From Trichomonas gallinae (lineage: Eukaryota), in contig MRSU01010490.1 in the NCBI GenBank assembly GCA_008369845.1, positions 1 to 36,996 on the forward strand: a stretch of DNA of 36,996 nt. The letters are read 5' to 3'. Below are positions 29,201-36,996 of this stretch, piece after piece. Positions within the stretch are counted from its first letter, which is position 1. Each line of letters begins with the position of its first letter. The position numbers were made by a program, and so were the translations under genes. The notes under the pieces are model-generated. The model was not told where the DNA came from, did no database searches, and worked only from the letters and a program-made list of their open reading frames with translations.

Positions 29201-32200
29201 ATAATCGCAATATTATCACTCGACGAAGGAATTTTGAAATCATTGAATAGTTCGCAAATAGACAACAAAACCTCTGAATGATAATCTTCTCCGAATCTTT
29301 GCATCGATGCGCAAACAACTGCTAATTGGTTCAAAAACGTGTTCAAGTCCTTCCCGCATTTGTACAAAAACAGAATAACTTTTTTGAGTGAAACCGAATC
29401 TAATTTTGATGCGAAAATTAATGGCCAAACAAACCAGTTTTTATGATCCATATAATCCTTCGATGGTTTTAATTTTTCGATATATTTAACTAGCAAATCT
29501 TTGCCTTCATCATTCTGAGTGTCTGCGAGCCAGCAAGCTATTGGCAGGAAAATTGGCTGACCTAGAAGTAGTTCGCAAACTCCTTCGTAAAATTCGTAAT
29601 TAAGAGTCTTCGTGTTCATTGAGAAAATGCAGACTTCAAGGAAATCACATAGATCTGAGCTGCTCAGCATCTTGTTTTTAGCAATGGCAGCTATGATCTT
29701 CATTAAATACAGAGAAGGGATGTCTTCGTTTTTCGAAATCAAGTCATGCATTGGAGCAAAAATTTGCTTGTCTAATTTTATTGGATTCTGTCTGTTTGCA
29801 TTTGATACTAATTCATATGAAAGCTCAAGCAAAGATTTAACTTGCTCAGGATCATTCGATAGCGAATTACATTGCTTGAAAATGTTCAGCAAAATTTCTG
29901 CGTCAAATTTCAATGAAGCGGAATAAACAATGCATTTGTTAATTTCATCCCTGCATACGGCAATGTTCAAGTTTTCATCTCTCGGTCTCTTAGAGTTCTT
30001 TCCACATAATACTATGTTACCTGTCTCATTGAACCAGTAGAAGAACTCTAAGATATTGAGAAGTTCATGTATTGGCCTGATTTCGTTTACGTATTTGATG
30101 AATTTGCTGAATAATGTTGTTGACCAATGATTCAAGATTTTAAGATGATCTTCTGCATCAGCTGTTATCCATATATAAGGATCTAATAGTATTGAATCCA
30201 ATAAATGCTTTTTCAGGTTCACATTGTTAATCAATTCGAATAGATTGAAGAATTCTGTGTAAATTTTGTGGTCGAGCATTTTAGGTGGATATTGTAACAA
30301 AATTCTTGCAATCAAAGAAAATTTTTTCTGTTCGAAGAAATATCTTTCAGCGAAATCGCAGCTCATGAGCATCTTCGCGAAGATCGAGATCGTCTCAGAA
30401 GGTGCATCAGTCCATAGATTTCCATCAGCAAATGGGATATTGAACAATGAGAAAAGCGGCAAAGTTATATCAAATTTCCATAGTTTGACAATTGTATAAA
30501 CAAAACTTGATTCGTCAATTGGTGAACCAGAATTATTTGGCTCGAAACTGCAGAAAGATTTGATGCCAAGAGGGACGTTAGATGATGGAGTTGAAGAACT
30601 AAGCTCGCTGATTTGTTCTGGCGTGAGTAAGTTAGTTAAAAATGAAACGCCGAGTTCTGCAATTCCTTTCAAGTTATGGATTGTTGTTCCAATCTTTGCG
30701 TGACCCATATATTGCTTGTGTATACTTATGCTGTTGAATGTTTCTAAAATCAGCTCATTATTATTGATAACAACAGAAATTATTGTTGAATTTTGCTCAG
30801 TTTTGGCGTTTGCGATTAGCATGTACCAGATTCCTTTTCTAAATTTGTAAGGGATCAGTAATTCCTTTGAATCATGCTCAGATGACCAATATATATAAAT
30901 TCCGATTTCTTTTATGTAAATTGACATGATTACATCCTCGATTTCCAAGTTAAAGATGGGTATAATTGTTGTATCTGGCTCCCTTATTATTGTCCAGAAA
31001 GAGAAAGAAAAACCTTGTGAAAAATTATCACCAATGTCGAAATCTGATTGATTTAAAACATTGGATCCGAGCAAACTTGATCTCTTCTGTAGCCAGTATG
31101 GATTTGATGAAATATCCGACAAAGTTTTCATTAATAATGGATGAATGTTGGAGATTTGGTTTTCTACTGGTGAAAGAAGAGTTATATACGATTTAGCAAC
31201 CATTGGCGATGAATAAATGCAGCTAATTTCTTTGAATAATTGAAGAATTTTCGGAACATTGGATTCATCGGATTCTGATAATTGTGACAACAGATATAAG
31301 TCAACACCTTCTCTGTTTGCGATTTTAGCGTTTTCTGGTGAGAAATTGATCAGATCGATTAAAAATTTTTGTGCTTGATCGAAAAGTTTGCATTTTGAAC
31401 AAACTTTTATGTATATAATCAACGAGTTAGTACATTTTATCACAAATTTGGGTTCATAATTTGCGATATTTCCATTCATTAATCTTAACATCATTTCGTA
31501 AATTGATGTTGGACATGTATTCTCATATAATAGTGTAATGGCATCTGAAAGCATATCAGAGAAGTCTTTTTTCAAATATGTGGAAGATGTTATTTCAATT
31601 ATTAATGAAAATAGAAGTTTGAACAATGATATGTGATCAGCATTTGATGGTTTGAGGTTTTTGATGATTTCAAATATATGGTGCAATAAAATTGTAAAAA
31701 TTGATGCAAATTCTTTTCTAGAACGAATTGCTTTCAATAATAATATGAATATCTGTGAAATTACGGATATAGAATGAGCGATGTCTAATGATACAATGAG
31801 GTTTGCTATTAATGGAATAAAATGATTTATAACAACTGTGCAATCTTCAGGTGTAATATTATTAAATAACTGTTCGAACTCTGAAATGGCAAATTTTCGA
31901 GTATTGTCATCCATAAGAAGAGATGTAAAAGAAGTCATGAAAATTTCAACATTTATGAAGCATCTGGCTATTTTGATGTTTTGGAATAAAACAGAGATGA
32001 AATAGAATGTGCTGGCTTCAGCTCTGATGATGTATTCTATGTTTTCCTGTGAAGAATTCCACAAAGATTTGTAATAAGAAAAAATCATGCGAATTGTCTT
32101 GATTATTTTTGGGAAATTAACAATAAACCTGGAGATATAAATGGGCGTTATAGTTAGTCTGTACAATATTTCAGAAATTAAATTTGGATATTTATAACTT

Positions 32201-33705
32201 TTGGTTATCAGCTCTTCTAATGCATCATACCATTGCTCACTTAATATCATATCTAATGCGTACTTCCTTAGAGTATTTATATATTCAAATCCTTCGCATT
32301 TATCAAAAATTGTAATTTTCGGATCAAAAATAGGCGATTGCGCTATCAATAAACCGAGATTTGCATATGACGAGACATAACCTAAAAATATAGTTGCAGA
32401 AGTTAATATGTTACCGTAACAGTTCGGATCTTCGTATGTTAATTTCAAGAGTTCTTCGAAAAACACATGTGTAAATTTATCCCTCTTGTATAAAATATCT
32501 GTAATTCTTTCTAATTTAAGTAGTATATCTGATGGTAGCATAGTTGAGATTGTTAATTCATTCCCAAAGTCAACTGGTGAAATCTGCAGCTCAGTTTCGG
32601 ATTTTTTTGGTGGCAAAAGTTCTATTGAACTCTCTAAAATTATATTGCTTTCAAAAGCAACTGGATTTTCGATTGTATTCCATAAAACTTTTTGGCTTGC
32701 ATGCTTATTTAACTCCAGAAAATGCAGTGGAAGCATGCGTATAATCGTTTCGAAATCACTAGGAATGCCAGAATTTATTGCTAATTGAAAAAATGATAAA
32801 GAATTTTCTTCTAATTTAAGTAAAAACGGTAGTAGTATGTTTAAAATCGTGTCTAATGAGTATTGGTCGAGTTGCAGCAGCCCATTTCGGAGGTATTCGT
32901 TTGCTCTTATAATAGTTTTTATTGTTAAATCGGTCATATTATATGTATCATCGATAGTTGCTTTTAAAACGATGGAAAGAAGATGCGTGTACTCAACTAC
33001 GTGATCAAACTGAAGAGAATAAAAATGTATTAATGTTGTTATGAAATCGCTGACATTTGATGAGTTGAATGCTATGGAAATGGATTTAAATACATGAATG
33101 AAGCATGATAAAGCGTAGTTATATAATTCATTGTTAGTAAAAATGATTAATAATTTTAATATTTGATTTGCGAAAGTTAGATCTCTTGTATTATAGAAAT
33201 AAACAGTATATGATAGTGCAGTGTTAAGTACCCAACATATTAGAAACTTTGTTTGCTGATTTTCGTTCGAAATTTCTATTAAAGGAGATAAAGTCTGTGG
33301 AAAGAATGGAAAATCATAGCCTTGTTTCATTAGTAATTGAGTTATACCTTGGCCATTAAAAGAAGATTGTTCAATCTTTAACAAATCCTGTTTATCGAAT
33401 TTTGGAAGCTTATTTCTTGAAATTATCTGCGAAAGACCGGGAAAATCGATAGTTTCCCCTTCGTCTATTGTATTGGTAAGCAAAAGAATGGCGTAAACAG
33501 GATTTTTAAATAAAGAAGAACTCAAATTCATTTCAAAATGTTTAACCTTATTGTCAAAAAGGTTCAGAAACGAAAACTTCCGAATTTTCAGAACAAATTC
33601 GCATAATTGGAGGAAATTACTTTGATAAATGGCTTTGTTATAGGTGGAAGATATAGTATCTTGATTCCGCACCTTAAATCTCATATATTGCTCTTTCTCT
33701 GTCAT
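26203..33705 (-). CDS. Beige/BEACH domain protein (ConA-like, PH, BEACH, WD40)
   Basis: PH-like RTRY....SIEIF; BEACH motifs W.NG.MSNF.YLM.LN.LSGRSFND.SQYPIFP, FRDLTKPIG, QSGKFD..DR.F, ELVPEFF, WIDLIWG and GQIP..LF..PHP; C-terminal WD40 repeats; central GFSFSFW ConA-like strand. Confidence 0.95.
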   Translation of the reverse strand: MTEKEQYMRFKVRNQDTISSTYNKAIYQSNFLQLCEFVLKIRKFSFLNLFDNKVKHFEMNLSSSLFKNPVYAILLLTNTIDEGETIDFPGLSQIISRNKLPKFDKQDLLKIEQSSFNGQGITQLLMKQGYDFPFFPQTLSPLIEISNENQQTKFLICWVLNTALSYTVYFYNTRDLTFANQILKLLIIFTNNELYNYALSCFIHVFKSISIAFNSSNVSDFITTLIHFYSLQFDHVVEYTHLLSIVLKATIDDTYNMTDLTIKTIIRANEYLRNGLLQLDQYSLDTILNILLPFLLKLEENSLSFFQLAINSGIPSDFETIIRMLPLHFLELNKHASQKVLWNTIENPVAFESNIILESSIELLPPKKSETELQISPVDFGNELTISTMLPSDILLKLERITDILYKRDKFTHVFFEELLKLTYEDPNCYGNILTSATIFLGYVSSYANLGLLIAQSPIFDPKITIFDKCEGFEYINTLRKYALDMILSEQWYDALEELITKSYKYPNLISEILYRLTITPIYISRFIVNFPKIIKTIRMIFSYYKSLWNSSQENIEYIIRAEASTFYFISVLFQNIKIARCFINVEIFMTSFTSLLMDDNTRKFAISEFEQLFNNITPEDCTVVINHFIPLIANLIVSLDIAHSISVISQIFILLLKAIRSRKEFASIFTILLHHIFEIIKNLKPSNADHISLFKLLFSLIIEITSSTYLKKDFSDMLSDAITLLYENTCPTSIYEMMLRLMNGNIANYEPKFVIKCTNSLIIYIKVCSKCKLFDQAQKFLIDLINFSPENAKIANREGVDLYLLSQLSESDESNVPKILQLFKEISCIYSSPMVAKSYITLLSPVENQISNIHPLLMKTLSDISSNPYWLQKRSSLLGSNVLNQSDFDIGDNFSQGFSFSFWTIIREPDTTIIPIFNLEIEDVIMSIYIKEIGIYIYWSSEHDSKELLIPYKFRKGIWYMLIANAKTEQNSTIISVVINNNELILETFNSISIHKQYMGHAKIGTTIHNLKGIAELGVSFLTNLLTPEQISELSSSTPSSNVPLGIKSFCSFEPNNSGSPIDESSFVYTIVKLWKFDITLPLFSLFNIPFADGNLWTDAPSETISIFAKMLMSCDFAERYFFEQKKFSLIARILLQYPPKMLDHKIYTEFFNLFELINNVNLKKHLLDSILLDPYIWITADAEDHLKILNHWSTTLFSKFIKYVNEIRPIHELLNILEFFYWFNETGNIVLCGKNSKRPRDENLNIAVCRDEINKCIVYSASLKFDAEILLNIFKQCNSLSNDPEQVKSLLELSYELVSNANRQNPIKLDKQIFAPMHDLISKNEDIPSLYLMKIIAAIAKNKMLSSSDLCDFLEVCIFSMNTKTLNYEFYEGVCELLLGQPIFLPIACWLADTQNDEGKDLLVKYIEKLKPSKDYMDHKNWFVWPLIFASKLDSVSLKKVILFLYKCGKDLNTFLNQLAVVCASMQRFGEDYHSEVLLSICELFNDFKIPSSSDNIAIIFKHAFFFMMMRHESSPNRALINEYLNSPFAPPNRPTENAKNVDDNKNLQGFSLLNNLIRNSIDINNFICSYRISGYPLRWLDSLLAEQLLKLMVHFDTIQVNSYGAFLATLIMKSNTNIENCYADIFSRINKYTSHIVDITDSFSKLFDIGLKAFNEIKLVNQEMTEGFKNILSLATDFVNTISEDIESEDKHVTQAFSRRILAQHESNEQWKRIMSAMTSENAPWSSIVPKKITRWKRDNTSTYYGCPIKLKINHNFNDHMLASKFRDSVVAEVSPENYKAKKADFPPKRILSNGRYTFVARCKLIKVTGSKRCWFGYSSNTIDIISGDSSITTIPHPHIRFVYYRTRYHKPNSIEIFTHYGKTYFIEFVDTQNSLTILKKMDAQLKGRIQTTNFIDFMSNSGFTDKWVNGKMSNFGYLMTLNLLSGRSFNDMSQYPIFPLIIVPTDNYNISDPAMFRDLTKPIGAQSDEKLEKLIEKMSDNDDHYLYSSGPISSLVICHYLIRMEPFTSCHIELQSGKFDVADRIFANYNLSIKNVFVDINDTRELVPEFFFEPEFLKNTNDFDLGATHSGKIGDVVLPPWASSPLDFVYKQRKALESDYVSKLLNEWIDLIWGDKQRGEEAEKANNLYEPKLLEDIWDVATEKFGEDSPILMTLKTYLKFLGQIPHRLFTKPHPKKNMNIKSVLTGTYSCNLQSMKSVIYANFDKLGRLVLVSEDGIIHFLNELTNNQTFQVVEVDAQPISSKSIRQSVNKDCLFCMGHDFIIATAKSASNFFVLGLDKQVASTTPSPHKEICSISADGPYLATSGTDNILNIYRSGFSKKIAYSTHIYRETVTCMAVSETFKVIVSGTRDGGIIVTNLANGNTIMVLDVKGEPVKVAVTPSWGFIVALVCSESNFTVSVFTINGEFVIEKTVRCDSLVTNMVSFASAHGFDYICVSNSKGRLLVAEVYTLQFNVYSTGISTGFVNIMFSLNTESIVLVEKSGKITYQPINISIT

Positions 33706-34248
33706 ATTTTGACATTCTGACTTTGTAAAGCGTCAAAAATCACATCCGACGGTTTTACAACGTCAAAAATAACACATTATCAAATCATTTGATAATTTGT
33801 TTTATTATATCATATCTCTTAAAAGATAGAGTAATACATGAAAACACTTTATTTGGAACTTGAAACCGATGACTTCAGAAGCATTTCGATTCTCTTTGCT
33901 GGTGTTGAAAAGAATCTAAATGAGATATTGTTAGAATACTTGATTTAAAAATTGAGTAAATAATGAAGTTTCTTTCGAATTATATAGTATTAAACAATAT
34001 TTTTATCCTTGTAAAAGCAAGATCTGACGTTTTTATTGCATCAAGTTCATTAGAGGCAAAAAAAAAAAAATTCATTTTTTTTTTCAAATATCGTTGTTAT
34101 AAGAAATGAAAGTAAATTACATATCTATAAATCAATTATTTATTAAACATCAAAATATTATTTTCATGAGTAAATTTCATTTCAGATTGATTGATATCAA
34201 CTTCAAATATATGATGAGTAAACATCTCTTCATTTTGCTTCAAAATCT

Positions 34249-36996
34249 TCATTCTTCAAATTGTGCGTAGAAATTTTCCAACTTTTCTTCTTCCTCTTCT
34301 AAATTATCCACAGTTTCTTCCTCTTCAACAAAATTATCAATATTTTCTTCTTCTTCAATGACATCTTCTTCATAGTCAGCACCATAAGCCGACAACTGGC
34401 TGCTATCACCAGAGACCATTAATGATAATCTTGCGCGTTCCATTGCAAGTCTTTTACCAAAGTCGAGATCAACTAAGCTATCATCGCTAGGCTTACGACT
34501 CTGAATTTCAGAGTCTTGTTTGATTGATGACTCTTCTTGTTCAATTGGCATTATTTCATCGTTGTGATCTTCAGTTTCACCAACTGCTTTGATGTTATCA
34601 AGAGCAGACGAAATGTTTGGTTTAACTGACTTGATTGTTTCGTCTTCAGTGATTTCATTAGTTACATTTATTGCAATCTTCAGTGATTTTCTGTCTGCAA
34701 TGTCTTCACTAACTTCTGATGTAATTTCTGATCCAGTGTTAATCCTAGAATCATCATAAATAAGACTTCCCTCGAGCAATGAATGAGTCAAGCCGAATCT
34801 TGTGTCTTTTTCTGTAAGTAATTCATCAAGTAAGCCGCTAAATTCTTGCTCATATCCTTTCGAATATGTTGTATTGTTGATGTCAGATAACTCTTCATCC
34901 TGTTTGTCAATACTGTCTTCGCGATTAATCTCGCTCTTATCCTCAATAACTTCACTTCTTTCGTAGCTTTTATCGAATTTGATTGTGACTTCTTCGCTAG
35001 GAATTTCTTCACTCCTCACGAAGATTTCTTCACTTGGAAGTTCATTGTTATTGAATTCGCTGTAAGAAGGTTCGAAGTTTGAAGTCAAGTTTGTTGATGT
35101 TTCTTCGCTTCTTGATGCTATTTCTGAAATCACTGGTGTTACTCTGCTGAGAGGCTCGATTATCTCTGATGTATGCTCTTTAAGGAAATCGAAAACCGTA
35201 TCACTTTCAGAGACTTTTTCGATAACAGTGGATGGCTTAACTTTCATGTAATGGAGAGAAGCAGAAAGATTTGGCTTGAGTTTTACGTACGCTTCGCTTT
35301 CATTTGGAATGTCTTTCGTGATTTCATTGATATCAGCATCAGTAAATTTAACTGGAATTTCTTCTGACATCTTGAAATTGTCAAGCTTTGATGCAGATAT
35401 TTGTGGATTTATGATTTGTATTTTTGCAACGTTTTCTGCGATTTCTTGTGAAATTTCGTTTTCATCAATTGCTCTCTGCTTTATTGGGATTTGCTCCTTT
35501 GGTTTGATGTGGATTAGAGAATTAATGCGAATAATTGGCTGAGGAATTTCATTTGGTAATGATTTCTCTGTGATTTCCTGAATTTCATTTTCGGAAACTT
35601 TTCTCTCTATTTCTGGCTTGGATTCGAAGCTGTCTAAAGTATTTGCTTTGATTTCTTGCTTCTCTAAATTAGGTGTATAAGCATTTTCAACAATTTGCTC
35701 GATTTCATTTGGCTGATTATCGACGACATTTTGTTGTGTTTCATGGATTGCTTCTTCTTCTGGATGCAGTTCGTAATCAATATTGCGGTCATCAACAGCC
35801 CCAAACTCTTCTTCGTATTCTTCCTCTTGTGATTCTTTGGTAACATCTTCTGGCTTTGGTTGAATGTTTTCTAGATCTGTCTTAAGATTTGATTGTGGAA
35901 TTTCAGAAATTTGGTTGACTTCTTCTTCAGTGATTTCATGCTTTTGTTGTTCAACAACTGGAATTTGAGGCTTTGGCTTCATATTAGAAAGAGCTGAAGA
36001 AATTATTGGTTCATTAATTTGATAATTTACAACTTTGTTTGCAATCGTTTCGATTTCTTCATTTGATAGTTCATTGCTGGGTTTGATTTCGTTGACTGTT
36101 TCATCGATGATTTCATCAACTACTTCTTTGTCAGCTTCTGATTCAATTTCTGGGATGATTTTTTCTTTCATTTCATAATTTTGCAATGAATTAGCAATAA
36201 TTGGGGCAAGCATTTCATATGAAAGGAATGGATCAAAGACATTGTTTGCGATTTTTTCGATTTCTTGCTGTGCGACATCTCTTGTTTCTACAACCTTTTC
36301 TGGAATTTGAGGCTTGAATTTCATATTAGAAAGAGCTGAAGAAACAATTGATTGTGGAATTTCTTTAGGTGAAAGATCCTCGGCAATTTTTGCAATTTGT
36401 TCTTCTGTTGGTTTCTCAAGCTTCGATTCTTCCTCTTCAGCATTCTGAGAATCTCTTGGGCTGAATATTTCCTCGTCTTCTTTATCACTTCCAATTAATA
36501 AAGAAGTCATATCTTTCTTTGAAACAAAGCTTTGAACTTCTTCTTTTTCCTCTTTCTCTGGCTTTGACTCAACTTCTTCTTGTTGTTCATTTTCCACTAT
36601 TTTCTCTTCTTCTTGCTTTGCCTCAGCTTCTTCTTGTTTCTCTTCTTCTGGTTTCACCTCTTTATGTAAAATACTGTTAAGAACTTCATTCATTAAATTC
36701 TGAACAATGTCCTTTGCGACTTCTTCGTCGATTTCGGGAGCATTTTCAGGAGTGCGAATATCATGGTTTTCCTCCTCTTCTGGGTGAGGATAAACAACAT
36801 TGCGAGGAGAGAAGAAAGCAAGTTCTTCTGGAACGTATGGATTAACAACATCAAGTTTAGGCAAAGCTTTCTTTGTTATTTCGATGATTTCCTCATGAGT
36901 TGGCTCGTGTTTTACTTCTTCTAACTTGATTTCTTTAACTGATTCATTGAGAATGTTCTCAACAAGGTGATGTGAGACTTCAGAGTCAATAGATGG
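34249..36996 (-). CDS. Large acidic (Glu/Ile/Pro-rich) repeat protein, 5'-partial
   Basis: The frame stays open from 36996 (PSIDSEVSHHLVENILNES...) to TGA at 34249, so the start lies outside the window. It contains degenerate repeats ending in ...IS(S/A)AL(S/D)N(M/I)K. Confidence 0.85.
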   Translation of the reverse strand, partial: PSIDSEVSHHLVENILNESVKEIKLEEVKHEPTHEEIIEITKKALPKLDVVNPYVPEELAFFSPRNVVYPHPEEEENHDIRTPENAPEIDEEVAKDIVQNLMNEVLNSILHKEVKPEEEKQEEAEAKQEEEKIVENEQQEEVESKPEKEEKEEVQSFVSKKDMTSLLIGSDKEDEEIFSPRDSQNAEEEESKLEKPTEEQIAKIAEDLSPKEIPQSIVSSALSNMKFKPQIPEKVVETRDVAQQEIEKIANNVFDPFLSYEMLAPIIANSLQNYEMKEKIIPEIESEADKEVVDEIIDETVNEIKPSNELSNEEIETIANKVVNYQINEPIISSALSNMKPKPQIPVVEQQKHEITEEEVNQISEIPQSNLKTDLENIQPKPEDVTKESQEEEYEEEFGAVDDRNIDYELHPEEEAIHETQQNVVDNQPNEIEQIVENAYTPNLEKQEIKANTLDSFESKPEIERKVSENEIQEITEKSLPNEIPQPIIRINSLIHIKPKEQIPIKQRAIDENEISQEIAENVAKIQIINPQISASKLDNFKMSEEIPVKFTDADINEITKDIPNESEAYVKLKPNLSASLHYMKVKPSTVIEKVSESDTVFDFLKEHTSEIIEPLSRVTPVISEIASRSEETSTNLTSNFEPSYSEFNNNELPSEEIFVRSEEIPSEEVTIKFDKSYERSEVIEDKSEINREDSIDKQDEELSDINNTTYSKGYEQEFSGLLDELLTEKDTRFGLTHSLLEGSLIYDDSRINTGSEITSEVSEDIADRKSLKIAINVTNEITEDETIKSVKPNISSALDNIKAVGETEDHNDEIMPIEQEESSIKQDSEIQSRKPSDDSLVDLDFGKRLAMERARLSLMVSGDSSQLSAYGADYEEDVIEEEENIDNFVEEEETVDNLEEEEEKLENFYAQFEE

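Noticed and set aside
26426..32788. Numerous short ORFs within the BEACH gene
   Set aside because: Antisense or shadow frames of a clear 2500-aa CDS.
34140..34249. Coding-like tail beyond the TGA of the acidic protein (NEEMFTHHIFEVDINQSE...)
   Set aside because: Needs more than one frameshift and has no homology support.
1..36996. Spliceosomal introns, Maverick/mariner/Mutator elements, CRISPR arrays, rRNA
   Set aside because: By eye, no ACTAACACACAG-type 3' intron motif, transposase/integrase/polB ORF, long TIR, regular repeat-spacer array or rRNA signature was seen. The 7029 array has 11-bp cores with ~9-bp spacers, unlike CRISPR.

Overview
AT-rich, gene-dense, apparently intron-free eukaryotic DNA with the hallmarks of a trichomonad (Trichomonas-like parabasalid). 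TCAYT initiators and AAAGTGAC-type elements sit just upstream of start codons, stop codons are embedded in UAAA poly(A) signals, and ankyrin and BEACH family genes are present; the species cannot be fixed from sequence alone. Bases 1-2.8 kb hold decayed genes (an unknown pseudogene and an ankyrin pseudogene). The rest carries 18 genes: eIF5, a J-domain protein, Vps29, a divergent Sec23/24-like protein, an NT-C2+Dilute protein, a ubiquitin-like protein, an MPDU1-like PQ-loop protein, a bromodomain protein, a shortened actin-fold protein, a coiled-coil protein, a CFAP141-like protein, a helical-repeat protein, a DP/E2F factor, a Ulp1/SENP8-like protease, BLOC1S2, an ankyrin protein, a 2500-aa BEACH protein and a partial acidic repeat protein. 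No tRNA, rRNA, CRISPR or intact transposon was seen. Most interesting: (i) a recurrent upstream motif TTTACATG(T/A/G)CA, including an 8-copy array mostly spaced ~20 bp; (ii) two genes whose family homology starts upstream of the first ATG at near-cognate codons (TTG, ACG); (iii) a candidate ~90-nt structured RNA followed by T10; (iv) convergent genes sharing one TTTAAA as stop and poly(A) signal; (v) a codon-biased mini-actin lacking subdomain 2. All family calls are by recalled motif comparison, not database search.
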